From IMG/VR virus record IMGVR_UViG_3300037420_002497: a stretch of 64,000 nt of DNA; one strand, 5' to 3'. The stretch's first letter is position 1, and each line of letters opens with the position of its first letter. The notes beneath the pieces are model-generated. The model saw nothing but the letters and a program-made list of their open reading frames with translations. It searched no databases and was not told where the DNA came from. A program made the translations under genes and the position numbers. Shown in pieces: positions 36,072-45,551 of the stretch. The stretch is from a virus.

Positions 36072-36747
36072 ACCCGCCCTGATCGAGCCCGCCGTGCTGT
36101 CCTCCAGCCCGTTCGCGCAGCTGCTGCGCATCGCCGAGAACCCCAAGAAGCTCAGGAAGCTCAGCGGGCCGAAGCAGCGCCCGCTGCAGGCGGGGCGCCA
36201 GCGCAATCCGCTGCTGCCGCCGAAGGAGCTGCCGGCGATCGAGCCCGTCCGCGTGCAGGACCACGGCTCGCACGTCGCGGCGCTGCTGCACCTGCTGGAG
36301 ACGCGGGGGCCGCTGTGGGCCACCCAGCTGCGTGACGCGACGGGGCTGGACCTGCAGCAGATCCGCTGGGCGCTGGCGCAGCCCTACCACCAGGGCCGCA
36401 TCGCCTCGGCGGGGGTGCGCGGCAACCCGCAGCGGATCTGGATCGTCGAGGGCCCGATCAGGCCGCGACGACACCACCGAACCTGCCTGGATGGCCTGCA
36501 GCCGCTGGACCTGCCGCGTATCGAGCCGGTGCGCCTGGAGGACTTCCCGTCCCGAGCCGAGGCCCTGGTGCAGCTGCTGGCCACGCACGGCCCGCTGTGG
36601 GCGCCGCAGCTGGCCGAGGCCACCGGGCTGACCGTGCGCGACGTGCGCAACGCGCTGATCCACCGCATCGAGAAGGGCGAGGTCAAGACCAAGCGCCGCG
36701 CGCCGTGCCCGCTGCTCTACAGCCTCAACCGCAAGGCCGCCGCATGA
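36040..36747 (+). CDS. protein with two tandem winged-helix-like repeats (235 aa; TTG start, start uncertain)
   Basis: internal repeat LL.LLETRGPLWATQLRDATGL and LVQLLATHGPLWAPQLAEATGL. Confidence 0.45.
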   Translation: MKAGATRPPPEPALIEPAVLSSSPFAQLLRIAENPKKLRKLSGPKQRPLQAGRQRNPLLPPKELPAIEPVRVQDHGSHVAALLHLLETRGPLWATQLRDATGLDLQQIRWALAQPYHQGRIASAGVRGNPQRIWIVEGPIRPRRHHRTCLDGLQPLDLPRIEPVRLEDFPSRAEALVQLLATHGPLWAPQLAEATGLTVRDVRNALIHRIEKGEVKTKRRAPCPLLYSLNRKAAA

Positions 36748-37094
36748 CCGCCGACAACCCCTTCGCGCAACTGGTCCGGGTGTGCCTGCGCGGTCACGCC
36801 GGGCGCGCCCCGGAGGCCCGGGTGGAGCGGGACAACACGCCGATTCCGCCGCTCGATCCCAAGCCCCGCAAGGGAACGATCGGCCCGGCCATGGTGCGGC
36901 TGCTGGAGCAGTACCACCACCGCGAGCTGAGCACCGAGCAGCTGGCCGCCGCCGTGGGACTGGCCAGCCTCGCCGATGTCTGGGGGCTGCTCAAGCAGGC
37001 CCGCAAGACCGGCCGCGTCGTGGTCGCGCGCGGCCTGTGGCGCATCAACCCCGACTGGACCAACAACACGAAAGCCCGCCATGACGACGAATGA
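36744..37094 (+). CDS. winged-helix-like protein, paralog of the upstream gene (116 aa)
   Basis: shares the N-terminal NPFAQL(V/L)R motif and an HTH-like segment; ATGA overlap with the upstream gene. Confidence 0.5.
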   Translation: MTADNPFAQLVRVCLRGHAGRAPEARVERDNTPIPPLDPKPRKGTIGPAMVRLLEQYHHRELSTEQLAAAVGLASLADVWGLLKQARKTGRVVVARGLWRINPDWTNNTKARHDDE

Positions 37095-37548
37095 CCCCCA
37101 GGCCCAGGCCATCACCGAGGAGTGCTGGTCGCACGACGGCGAGACCTTCGACTGCCAGTCGCTGGGCGAGCTGCTGGACAACCATGGCGACGAGCTGGCG
37201 CCCGGCGACACGGTGTATGTGGGCACCGCCCACCGCCCGCCGCTGGAGAAGCTGATCTACGTGGACGACGTGCTGGAGCCCATGGGCGAGCGCGCCTACG
37301 AGATCGTGGGCGAGCACGCCGAGGACTATCCCGAGGTGTCGCAGGAGGCCAAGGGCGAGCTGCTGGCGCTGCTGCTGGGCTGGGCCCGCAAGCACGCCAT
37401 GCCGAATTTCTGGACCGTGCGCGGTGTGCGCGAGTACGTGCTCAGCGAGGAGGATCTGGCTGTTGGACCGTCCAACAGCGAGCTGCCGCCCGAGCTGTAC
37501 GCCCAGTCCCCGCTGGATGCGGTGGACGCCGCGCTGGGGGCCGAGTGA
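37081..37548 (+). CDS. hypothetical acidic protein (155 aa)
   Basis: 14-nt overlap with the upstream gene; contains one palindrome site. Confidence 0.5.
   Translation: MTTNDPQAQAITEECWSHDGETFDCQSLGELLDNHGDELAPGDTVYVGTAHRPPLEKLIYVDDVLEPMGERAYEIVGEHAEDYPEVSQEAKGELLALLLGWARKHAMPNFWTVRGVREYVLSEEDLAVGPSNSELPPELYAQSPLDAVDAALGAE
37461..37477. promoter_or_regulatory. dispersed palindrome site 3 (TGTTGGACCGTCCAACA), inside a CDS
   Basis: perfect palindrome. Confidence 0.5.
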
Positions 37549-37549
37549 C

Positions 37550-38161
37550 ATGAGCCGTCCGATCCTCCAAGAAGGCCCGAACGGCGAGTGCCTGTATTGC
37601 GGCATCGTGCGCGACGAGCCGTGCAGCCGCTTCTGCTCGCAGGAGAAGGCCGCCATGAGCTGCAGCACCTGGAAGCAGAAGGCCGCCTCGCCGGGGCTGG
37701 ACGACAACGCTTGGGTGCACGAGCCGGGCCCGCGCCGCGCCTACGTGCCGCGCGAGTGGCTGGCGTTCGCGCACGAGGTCATCGGCTGCTGCGAGGCGGT
37801 GGCGGGGCCCATCGGCGAGCTGGCCAAGAAGGCACGGGAACTGGTGGCCACCACGCAGCCCACCCCGCGCCGGATGCAGGCCATCAAGGACATCCCGAAC
37901 CTGATGGCCAAGGGCAGCTTCTGGGTCGAGATCCGGCCCAACGTGTTCCGTCCGGCAATACACCCCGAGGGCGACGCCGGGCTGGACTTCAACTACCTGG
38001 GAGCATGCGGCTACCCGGTGGAGAAATACCTCGCGCCGGTGACGCCGCGCGCACCTGCCGGCAAGAGCGCCTGCGGGGAATGCGGGCGCGTGTGCGAGCC
38101 GTGCTCGGACTACTGCGGCAACACGCAAGTGCCTGTCGCGCGGCGAGAAATCCGGGGCTGA
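37550..38161 (+). CDS. Cys-rich hypothetical protein (203 aa)
   Basis: several CxxC-like pairs; start lies 2 nt after the upstream stop codon. Confidence 0.5.
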   Translation: MSRPILQEGPNGECLYCGIVRDEPCSRFCSQEKAAMSCSTWKQKAASPGLDDNAWVHEPGPRRAYVPREWLAFAHEVIGCCEAVAGPIGELAKKARELVATTQPTPRRMQAIKDIPNLMAKGSFWVEIRPNVFRPAIHPEGDAGLDFNYLGACGYPVEKYLAPVTPRAPAGKSACGECGRVCEPCSDYCGNTQVPVARREIRG

Positions 38162-38239
38162 GCTGGCACAGGCCGAGAAGCCACTGATTTTTGATGCCCA
38201 AGATTATCGGACGTAATCTGAACTAGAAGTTAACGAAGC

Positions 38240-38533
38240 ATGGACCGCAAGACCCTCAACCGCCTCGCCCTGGAGGCTGGCTTCCCGCCCGGCGTGCTGG
38301 CGCCGCATGGCGTGAGCGCGAGCTACGACTTGCCGCTGCTGGATCGCCTGGAGCTGTTTGCCAAGCTGGTGCTGCAGGAGCGTGACGGCTCGCGCGAGCA
38401 CTGGCGCCGCACCTTTGCCGCCGCCGCGCTGCCCGCCTACTTGGGCAAGAACGGCTACGGCGCCGCCGAGGCCCTGGACATCGCCATCGAGACGGCCAAT
38501 GTGATGACGCAGCGCCTTTTCCCCAACGAGTAA
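38240..38533 (+). CDS. hypothetical protein (97 aa)
   Basis: lower-GC promoter-like region upstream. Confidence 0.5.
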   Translation: MDRKTLNRLALEAGFPPGVLAPHGVSASYDLPLLDRLELFAKLVLQERDGSREHWRRTFAAAALPAYLGKNGYGAAEALDIAIETANVMTQRLFPNE

Positions 38534-38934
38534 TGGAAGCAATGGACGCAAATATCCCGACGACCGAAGCCATCCGCGAGGCCGGCAACGTGCTGGTGCT
38601 CGCCTGCCACGGCGCTTCCAGACGCGGCGGCTGGTGGCATGACCTGCACACCGGCGAGCCGCTGAAGCGCAACGTTGGCGAGCTGCTGTGCCTTGTCCAC
38701 AGCGAAGTCAGCGAGGCCATGGAAGGCCATCGCAAGAACCTCATGGACGACAAGCTGCCCCATCGACCGATGATCGAAGTCGAGCTGGCCGACGCCGTGA
38801 TCCGCATCAGCGACATGGCCGGCGGCCTGGGCTTGGACCTGGGCGGCGCCATCGCGGAAAAGATGGCGTTCAACGCCTCCCGTGCGGATCACAAGCCCGA
38901 GGCCCGCAAAGCCCCCGGCGGCAAGGCGTACTGA
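38533..38934 (+). CDS. mazG: MazG-like nucleotide pyrophosphohydrolase (133 aa)
   Basis: LLCLVHSEVSEAMEG and ELADAVIRISDMA match the MazG EExxE and helix pattern. Confidence 0.65.
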   Translation: MEAMDANIPTTEAIREAGNVLVLACHGASRRGGWWHDLHTGEPLKRNVGELLCLVHSEVSEAMEGHRKNLMDDKLPHRPMIEVELADAVIRISDMAGGLGLDLGGAIAEKMAFNASRADHKPEARKAPGGKAY

Positions 38935-39251
38935 TGAAAGCCCTCTACCAGTTCTATTGGGACTGCAAGCGCAGTGGCGATGTCACAGGCCTGTTCGTCG
39001 CCCACAAGACCGAGGTCGAGGCCGCCATTGGTCGCAATGTCAACTTCGGCGAGATCCTGGGCAAGCACTCCGAAATCTGCGGCGTGCTGGAAACCGACGA
39101 CTTGACCATCAAGAGCGAGGACCAGGAGTTCATCGCCAAGCTGGTGGACGTGATCGGCCGCAACACGATCAGCGGCTACAACCCGCTGGAGTACCTGGGC
39201 GAGGACGAGCCGGACGACGAGGACGAGGACGAGGACGGTGAAGATGACTGA
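38934..39251 (+). CDS. hypothetical protein with poly-acidic C-terminus (105 aa)
   Basis: ATGA overlap with the upstream gene; EDEPDDEDEDEDGEDD tail. Confidence 0.5.
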   Translation: MKALYQFYWDCKRSGDVTGLFVAHKTEVEAAIGRNVNFGEILGKHSEICGVLETDDLTIKSEDQEFIAKLVDVIGRNTISGYNPLEYLGEDEPDDEDEDEDGEDD

Positions 39252-40002
39252 CTTCACCTACCACCGCAAGCCCGCCACGATCGAGGCCGTGCAATGGAAT
39301 GGCACGAAGCTGGACGCCGTGCCGCAGTGGCTCAACGATGCCATCAAGCGCGGCCCCATGCGCCGCAACGGCGTTGCCCGGGTCTTCAATGACATCGACG
39401 TGTGGAGCGCCATCGGCAGTGTCAGCACCGCCAAGCCCGGCGACTGGCTGACCTGGGAAAACGGCAGCCTGGGTACGTGCAAGGACGCCATCTTCACCAC
39501 GCTGTACGACGCGCAGCCGGATCTGCGCGCGCCCGTCGTGCGGATGGCGCATGACCAGCTGGCGCTGGAGATCGAGCGCCTGCGCCGCGACTGCGGCGAG
39601 GCCTACCAAGTCATCGGCGCCGGCATGTTCCTCGACCCCGTGGCCTACACGCAGGACGACGTGGAGCGCGCGATGGACAACCTGAATGCGGCAGCCAACG
39701 GCGCGCCCCGTCCGCACGACGACCTGCTGCCCTGGCCCAAGCCGGCCCAGGCGCTGCAGCTGTCCGCCGAGGGCTGCACGAAACCCGGCTGCTGCCCGAA
39801 CCCGGGCGCCTGCGAGGCCGAGGCCGGCGAGCAGGGCGTTGCGCAGGAGCTGGTGGAGCACTGCCGCCAGTTCATCCGCGACCAGGGCATCCATGGCCCC
39901 GAGACCATCTACCAGTGCGATGGCGTGGTCCTGAACGCCCTGGAGTTCGTCCAGGGCGTGTGCGACATCGTGGGCTACGAGCCCATCCCCAACGAAACCT
40001 GA
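39238..40002 (+). CDS. hypothetical protein (about 252 aa)
   Basis: overlaps the upstream gene; Cys pairs near the C-terminus. Confidence 0.5.
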   Translation: MKMTDFTYHRKPATIEAVQWNGTKLDAVPQWLNDAIKRGPMRRNGVARVFNDIDVWSAIGSVSTAKPGDWLTWENGSLGTCKDAIFTTLYDAQPDLRAPVVRMAHDQLALEIERLRRDCGEAYQVIGAGMFLDPVAYTQDDVERAMDNLNAAANGAPRPHDDLLPWPKPAQALQLSAEGCTKPGCCPNPGACEAEAGEQGVAQELVEHCRQFIRDQGIHGPETIYQCDGVVLNALEFVQGVCDIVGYEPIPNET

Positions 40003-40021
40003 CCCAACAAGGAACGACGAA

Positions 40022-40441
40022 ATGATGCACATCGGAAGCGGTATCCGCGACAAGTGGACCTTCGCCTACACGGCCGCCGAGGTGGCCGCTGGCGCCAAGC
40101 GCCAACAGGAATACCGCCAGTCCCGCGTGAACTGGTGGGCCGAGAAGAAGGCACAGGTGCTCAACGACATCAAGGCGCGCGGTCTGGAGGTGATCGAGAG
40201 CATCGCCGACGCCAACTACGTGCAGACGGTCTCGGCCATGAGCGGCGCGCGCGGCAATGCGCCCCGCATCGCCATCCCCTCGGACCTGCAAGAGAAGCTG
40301 CAGGAGTGCACCCAGCGCATCAGCCACCACACCAACGCCGTGCACGAGTACGCCGCCTGGGTGCAGTTCCTGGAGGCCAAGCCCGAGGAACAGCTGCAGC
40401 TCACGCAGTCCGACTGGCTGTTTTTCTTCCGCACCGCCTGA
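40022..40441 (+). CDS. hypothetical protein (139 aa)
   Basis: ORF inside the gene run. Confidence 0.5.
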   Translation: MMHIGSGIRDKWTFAYTAAEVAAGAKRQQEYRQSRVNWWAEKKAQVLNDIKARGLEVIESIADANYVQTVSAMSGARGNAPRIAIPSDLQEKLQECTQRISHHTNAVHEYAAWVQFLEAKPEEQLQLTQSDWLFFFRTA

Positions 40442-40444
40442 GCC

Positions 40445-40756
40445 ATGTTCGCGATCTTCGGCCCCGTGAAGCCCACGCCGCTGCCTCAGTGGCAAGCCCC
40501 GGCGGCGCGCCGGCCCGGCCGCCCGCCCGTGAAAACCGACTGGTTCAGCTGGCGCACCGAGCCGGCCAAGCTGGGCGTGTTTGAGCACGACGTTGCGGAC
40601 GGCAAACCCTTCTCGTGGTGGAGCGGCGTGGGCTGGTGCCTGCGCGCGAGTACGCCCGAGGAGGCCGAGCAGAACAAGTGGCTCCCGTACACCCGCCCGC
40701 AGCGCACGAGCTGGCGCGGCCTGAAGAACAAGCCCAAGGCTCGCGCCAGGAGCTGA
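40445..40756 (+). CDS. hypothetical protein (103 aa)
   Basis: ORF inside the gene run. Confidence 0.45.
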   Translation: MFAIFGPVKPTPLPQWQAPAARRPGRPPVKTDWFSWRTEPAKLGVFEHDVADGKPFSWWSGVGWCLRASTPEEAEQNKWLPYTRPQRTSWRGLKNKPKARARS

Positions 40757-40760
40757 CGCC

Positions 40761-41003
40761 GTGGCACGCAAGCTGGTTGCGCCGCACATCAAGGCCAAGG
40801 TCAGGACCGAGGCAGGGGGCTTTGAGATCGCCGGCCCCTTCCCCGGCACCCTGGTCTACCTGCTGTCCGGCGTGGCCAAGCGCTCCGAGCGCGAGCGCGT
40901 GCTGCGCGAGATGCGGGAGACCCACCAGCGCCTGTGCGAGGCCGAGGACCAGCGGCTGCGCGAGCAGATGCCCATCAACGACCTGTTTCCCGAGACCAAA
41001 TGA
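40761..41003 (+). CDS. hypothetical protein (80 aa), GTG start
   Basis: ORF inside the gene run. Confidence 0.4.
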   Translation: MARKLVAPHIKAKVRTEAGGFEIAGPFPGTLVYLLSGVAKRSERERVLREMRETHQRLCEAEDQRLREQMPINDLFPETK

Positions 41004-41500
41004 CCATTGCCCTTTCCCTTGACCGCGACGCCCTGGAGGCGCTGTTCCCCGAAGGCTCCGAGGTGCGGCTGCAGCTGCGCGGCGCCGTGCTCGATCAGGC
41101 GGTCAAGCGCTACGCCGCCAAGGACTGGCCCGAGATCCAGCAGCAGGTGAAGCGCATCACCGACAGCGCCTTCCGCGAGGCGCTGGCCACGCAGGGGCTG
41201 CGCGTGACCTACGGCAACACGGTGCAGCTGTCCGAGGAGATCAAGACCGCCATGCGGCAGCAGGCCAAGGAGCTGATCCAGCAGCACATGGCCGAGGAGC
41301 TGGACCTGTCGCCCGAGCGGCTGCGCCTTCTGCGCGACGACCTGATGCAGGTCTTGGGCCTGCGCATCACGCAGGAGCTGAGTGGCCCCTTGTTCCAGCA
41401 GATCACCCAGCTGGTCGTGGACACCATGAAGAAGTTCCTGACGGTGCAGTTCAACCCCGCGTGGCTCCAGGCGGCGGATCAACAGGGGACGCAAGGGTGA
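41000..41500 (+). CDS. hypothetical protein (166 aa)
   Basis: ATGA overlap with the upstream gene. Confidence 0.5.
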   Translation: MTIALSLDRDALEALFPEGSEVRLQLRGAVLDQAVKRYAAKDWPEIQQQVKRITDSAFREALATQGLRVTYGNTVQLSEEIKTAMRQQAKELIQQHMAEELDLSPERLRLLRDDLMQVLGLRITQELSGPLFQQITQLVVDTMKKFLTVQFNPAWLQAADQQGTQG

Positions 41501-41679
41501 AGTCCAGCAACTTTGAAGCCCTGGCCTTCCTGGGCGCCGCCCTGATCGGCTTCCTGCTTGGCGGCGTGTGCGGCCTCGCGTTCCAGGACCACTTCTTCCC
41601 CGGCGCCTGGGTCGGGCTGGCCATCGCCCTGGGCGTGTGCGTCTGTGGGCACTGGCTGGACAACTGCGACTTGAGCTGA
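41497..41679 (+). CDS. small membrane protein (60 aa), GTG start
   Basis: GTGA overlap with the upstream gene; two hydrophobic segments. Confidence 0.4.
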   Translation: MKSSNFEALAFLGAALIGFLLGGVCGLAFQDHFFPGAWVGLAIALGVCVCGHWLDNCDLS

Positions 41680-41684
41680 GCGCC

Positions 41685-42167
41685 ATGAGCGACGAAAAGA
41701 TCCCGTACAACCCGGTGGCCATCTGGTACATGCGCAACGACCGCACCTCGCTGCAGCTGCCGCTCAATGTCGAGCGGGCGTTGGAGCTGCTGCGCATCGA
41801 GCGCGAGAAGGGTCACTCGCATGGAATGCTGTGCTCGCAACACCCCGAGCTGCGCGGCAGCATCATCCAGGCCCGAGGCGTGGAGTGCTGGCAGGAATTT
41901 GAAGCGCTGGCAGACGAATGGCTGGCGCGCGCCGTGATGCTGGGCGCGCAGGCCGAGGCGCAGCTCAACAGCACGGCGCACCTGGAGCTGCTGGACCAGC
42001 TGGCCATGCATTCCGGCATCGACGCCGACTTCGCCCTGCGCATCTGGGGCGGCGACCAGCGCGCGCTCGCCACCGACGCCGAGGCACTGGACGGCTTCCT
42101 GGCGACCTGGGCCATGCTGGAGTACCGCAAGGCCCGCGTGCGGCTCCAGGTGAGGTCCGCGCAATGA
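41685..42167 (+). CDS. hypothetical protein (160 aa)
   Basis: ORF inside the gene run. Confidence 0.5.
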   Translation: MSDEKIPYNPVAIWYMRNDRTSLQLPLNVERALELLRIEREKGHSHGMLCSQHPELRGSIIQARGVECWQEFEALADEWLARAVMLGAQAEAQLNSTAHLELLDQLAMHSGIDADFALRIWGGDQRALATDAEALDGFLATWAMLEYRKARVRLQVRSAQ

Positions 42168-42427
42168 GCCCCGCCCTGGACCACGCCGCGAAGGCGCTGG
42201 ACATCGTGCGCCGCGCCATCGGCGAGATCCTGGGCATGCCGCCCGAGGACGTGAAGCCCGAGCAGCGGCTGCGCGCCGACCTGGACTGCGACGAGGTGGA
42301 CCTGATCGAGACGGTCTACCTGATCGAGCTGGAGGCCGACATCGAGCTGGCCGACATGGACCTGATGGAAATCCAGACCGTGGGCCGACTCATCGAGCTG
42401 ACGGTGCTGGCGCTGGAGACTGTGTGA
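42164..42427 (+). CDS. acyl-carrier-protein-like small acidic protein with Glu at the phosphopantetheinyl-Ser position (87 aa)
   Basis: LRADLDCDEVDLIETVYLIELEADIEL aligns with the ACP motif [23 protein letters not shown]. Confidence 0.4.
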   Translation: MSPALDHAAKALDIVRRAIGEILGMPPEDVKPEQRLRADLDCDEVDLIETVYLIELEADIELADMDLMEIQTVGRLIELTVLALETV

Positions 42428-42822
42428 TGGTGATCTACCCCCGCCTCGCGATCGACAAGGTGCGCGAGCTGTTCCTGGCCAACGGCTTCACGGTCAAGCC
42501 CGGCAACGAAGACCTGAAGGGCTACGTGTACGACGCCGCGCGCAGCCTGGAGCGCGAGGTGCACAAGGTGGCGCAGGAGACCGACGCCGCGCTGCTGCAG
42601 CAGGCGCTGGAGGCGCTGCTCGATGGCCCGGACCCGAACACCGGCGCTTTCACGCCCGAGTACGCCGCCGCGATCGCGGCACTGGAGGAGCGGCTGGCGC
42701 CTGCGGTGCAGGTGATGTGCTGGTGCGGCGACATCTTCAGCGGCGCCGATGTCATCGACCCGGCCGGCAAGTGCCGGGTGTGCGGCGAGGGCGAGTTCCG
42801 GCAGGAGGCGGCCACGGCATGA
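42424..42822 (+). CDS. hypothetical protein with C-terminal Cys motif (132 aa)
   Basis: GTGATG start overlaps the upstream stop codon; CWCG...CRVCG motif. Confidence 0.5.
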   Translation: MMVIYPRLAIDKVRELFLANGFTVKPGNEDLKGYVYDAARSLEREVHKVAQETDAALLQQALEALLDGPDPNTGAFTPEYAAAIAALEERLAPAVQVMCWCGDIFSGADVIDPAGKCRVCGEGEFRQEAATA

Positions 42823-43151
42823 AGATCGAGCCGATCGAGTTGCAGGGCTTCGTCATCAAGGACGCGCCCAGCCTGGACCCCATTACCGTGATCACGCGCG
42901 ACTTCGCCCCTGGCAAGGGACAGCTGCTGGTCGAGTGCTATGGCGAGGCTTGGAGCGCGTGGTGGGGCTCCATGGGCCCGGAGAACGACGTGCGCCGCTT
43001 TGTGCTGCAGGCGGACGCCGACTACGTCGCCACCAAGCTGGTGAGTAGCCAGCGCAAATTCGCCTACGTGAAGCGCATCGTGCAGGCCATCCAGGGCGCG
43101 CTGCGCCAGCTGGCCGAGCCCGTCACCTCCACCGCCGAGGCCACCGCATGA
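42819..43151 (+). CDS. hypothetical protein (110 aa)
   Basis: ATGA overlap with the upstream gene. Confidence 0.5.
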   Translation: MKIEPIELQGFVIKDAPSLDPITVITRDFAPGKGQLLVECYGEAWSAWWGSMGPENDVRRFVLQADADYVATKLVSSQRKFAYVKRIVQAIQGALRQLAEPVTSTAEATA

Positions 43152-43609
43152 GCACCGAGTCCCCCATGTACGACTGCATCCCCTTTTGGGCCGATGCGCC
43201 ACCCTGGGCCACGCACCTGATGCGCCGCACCCCGACGCCCAGCTCTGTCCAATACTGCTTCGCGCGCAAAGAGGGCAGCCGCTTCCTCACGACACCCGAA
43301 GGCGCCTGCACCGAGGTCTCAGTCATTACCGAGGCGAGCGCCCTCGGGCTGGCGCCCTGGGAGGTGCTGGAGGAGCGGCTGGCAGCGCCCGCCAAGCCGG
43401 TCCTGGGCCCCGGCGCGCAGCTGGACCAGCGCGTCAAGGATCTGGCGACGTTGCTGACCCGGATGGTCTACGCCAACGAAAAGCGCAATCGCCTCTACTT
43501 GGCGGCCGACGCCTTGGATGTGATCGGGGGCATGGCCAGGGAGTATCTGGCCAGGAACCAGCTGCTGCTGCCGGAAAAACTGCTCGACGACGCGAGGGAG
43601 GCCGCATGA
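43148..43609 (+). CDS. hypothetical protein (153 aa)
   Basis: ATGA overlap with the upstream gene. Confidence 0.5.
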   Translation: MSTESPMYDCIPFWADAPPWATHLMRRTPTPSSVQYCFARKEGSRFLTTPEGACTEVSVITEASALGLAPWEVLEERLAAPAKPVLGPGAQLDQRVKDLATLLTRMVYANEKRNRLYLAADALDVIGGMAREYLARNQLLLPEKLLDDAREAA

Positions 43610-43848
43610 GCGACAACCCGCTGGTGATCGAGTTCACGTTTGAGCAGCAGTTGCACATGCAGTCGATCTTCTCCTCCATGCCGACCGGCTCCACGGTGAT
43701 CGCCCAGGTGTACGGCAACGGCATCCGCATGAAGGTGCTCACGCCTGAGCAGAGCGTGGCCGTGTCCGATGTCCTTGGCGGCGACCACACCCGCGCCCAC
43801 AACTGCGTGCACGAGGCTGCCGCGCAACCCAAGAGGCTGCTGTCTTGA
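43606..43848 (+). CDS. hypothetical protein (80 aa)
   Basis: ATGA overlap with the upstream gene. Confidence 0.45.
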   Translation: MSDNPLVIEFTFEQQLHMQSIFSSMPTGSTVIAQVYGNGIRMKVLTPEQSVAVSDVLGGDHTRAHNCVHEAAAQPKRLLS

Positions 43849-44225
43849 GAGACGAAAACCACAAGCCGCTGCCCAACGCCGTCGAGGCCATCAAGAACGC
43901 CGTGGCGGCCCTGCGCGCCGCACCCAAGCACCTGACGTTGGCACAGAGCCGCGCCCTGCTGGAGCTGGAGCATGTGCTGGCGCAGCGCGCCCTGCCTGAG
44001 TTCCACTGGCTCGGCGACTCGCTGGACCAGCTCAGCGGCACCGCCCGTTGGACCACCAAGGACGGCTACGGCGTGGCCGTGCGCTTCCCCACGTTCCAGG
44101 CCGCCTGGGACGTGAGCAACGCGGTCACCACGGCCTATCAGCTGGGCGAGCGCGCCGGCATGGCACGGCTGATGGCCGAGATCCAGCCCGCGCTGGACAA
44201 GTGGAAAGGCCTGCACCGCCTATGA
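43845..44225 (+). CDS. hypothetical protein (126 aa), TTG start
   Basis: TTGA overlap with the upstream gene. Confidence 0.4.
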   Translation: MRDENHKPLPNAVEAIKNAVAALRAAPKHLTLAQSRALLELEHVLAQRALPEFHWLGDSLDQLSGTARWTTKDGYGVAVRFPTFQAAWDVSNAVTTAYQLGERAGMARLMAEIQPALDKWKGLHRL

Positions 44226-44734
44226 AGATCGTCATCGTCGCCGCCGTGGCCAGCAACGGCGTGATCGGCCGCCAGGGGAAGCTGCCCTGGCACCTACCGG
44301 AAGACCTGCGCCACTTCCGCAAGCTCACCGAGGGCGCTGCCGTACTCATGGGCCGCGCCACCTGGGACAGCCTGCCGGCGGCCTACAAGCCGCTGCCGGG
44401 GCGGCGCAACGTGGTGCTGTCGCGAGCCGGCGAGTGGGCCGAGGGAGCCGAGGTGGCCAACAGCCTGGAGCTGGCGCTGACGCTGCTGGCGCGCGAGCCC
44501 GTGGTCTACGTCATCGGCGGCGCGCAGCTCTTTGCCCAGCTGCTGCGGCAGGCCGACGAGGTGGTGCTCACGCAGATCGACCGCGCCTTCGACGGCGACA
44601 CGCACTTTCCGATGGTGCAGCTGGAGGCCGAGCTGAAGCACCGCTTCGACGGCCTGCGGATGCAGACCTTCATGGCCGAGAAGCCCAACGACTTCACCTT
44701 CTCCATCACCACGTACCGCCTCAAGCCGGCATGA
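44222..44734 (+). CDS. folA: dihydrofolate reductase (170 aa)
   Basis: MKIVIVAAVASNGVIGRQGKLPWHLPEDLRHFRKLT, VLMGRATWDSLP and VIGGAQLF are canonical DHFR motifs. Confidence 0.8.
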   Translation: MKIVIVAAVASNGVIGRQGKLPWHLPEDLRHFRKLTEGAAVLMGRATWDSLPAAYKPLPGRRNVVLSRAGEWAEGAEVANSLELALTLLAREPVVYVIGGAQLFAQLLRQADEVVLTQIDRAFDGDTHFPMVQLEAELKHRFDGLRMQTFMAEKPNDFTFSITTYRLKPA

Positions 44735-45333
44735 AGAACCTCAAGGACGATCGCAAGATGGCGGTGGACAAGAGCCACCCGAGCATGCAGCTCATGTGCG
44801 CTACCTGCCGGCACGAGAAGCTGGCCGGCGACGTGTACCCGTGCAACTGCTGCTGGAACCCGTCCGGCGACATGTACCAAGCCAAGCCGCCGGCACCCCC
44901 GCCGCCCGTGGCGCCGCCGCCGGGCTACGTGACGCTGCAGGAGCACATGACCAAGGTGCGCCAAGACCCGGCCAAGGCCGCCGCGATCGACCGTGCGCGC
45001 GTCCGGCTGGCCGCCGCCTGGGCCCGCAGCGACGACGAGCTGATCGCGGCAGCCGAGCAGCACGCGGACCTGTTCAGCGACCAGCCCGAGCCGCTGCAGC
45101 GCGCCGACCTGATGAACGCGGTGTTCGTCGGTGCGCGCTGGCAGCGCAAGAAGATGATGCCGCGCGCCGGTGACGTGCGGCTGCTGTTCGACATGATCGG
45201 CGACTACTTCGACATCGGCGTGACCGAAGGCAAGGAAGGCCGCAGCCACGACACGGTGGACGGCGCCGCGCAGCGCAAGTGGCGCGAGATCCAGGAGGTG
45301 GTGTTCCGGCTGGCAGCGGGGCGTGCCGCATGA
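44731..45333 (+). CDS. hypothetical protein with N-terminal Cys cluster and proline-rich stretch (200 aa)
   Basis: ATGA overlap with the upstream gene; CATCRHEKLAGDVYPCNCCW motif. Confidence 0.5.
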   Translation: MKNLKDDRKMAVDKSHPSMQLMCATCRHEKLAGDVYPCNCCWNPSGDMYQAKPPAPPPPVAPPPGYVTLQEHMTKVRQDPAKAAAIDRARVRLAAAWARSDDELIAAAEQHADLFSDQPEPLQRADLMNAVFVGARWQRKKMMPRAGDVRLLFDMIGDYFDIGVTEGKEGRSHDTVDGAAQRKWREIQEVVFRLAAGRAA

Positions 45334-45551
45334 AGTGCACGCCAGTCTTTGGGCTCAACGCCACCGAGATCATCGGCATCGACCCGGCCGAGGGCAAGGA
45401 CCAGTGCTTCATGCTGCTGGTGCACATCGAGGCCGGGAAGCTGCGCCATGGCGACGTGATCGACCTGAGCAAGCCGCCCGAGCCGATGCGCCAGTCCCTC
45501 AAGGACACGGACTGCGTCGGCGTGCTGCACGAGCTGAAGGAGCCGCATTGA
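45330..45551 (+). CDS. hypothetical protein (73 aa)
   Basis: ATGA overlap with the upstream gene. Confidence 0.45.
   Translation: MKCTPVFGLNATEIIGIDPAEGKDQCFMLLVHIEAGKLRHGDVIDLSKPPEPMRQSLKDTDCVGVLHELKEPH

Noticed and set aside
44222-45333. Thymidylate synthase partner for DHFR
   Set aside because: None of the neighbouring ORFs shows ThyA or ThyX (RHR) motifs.
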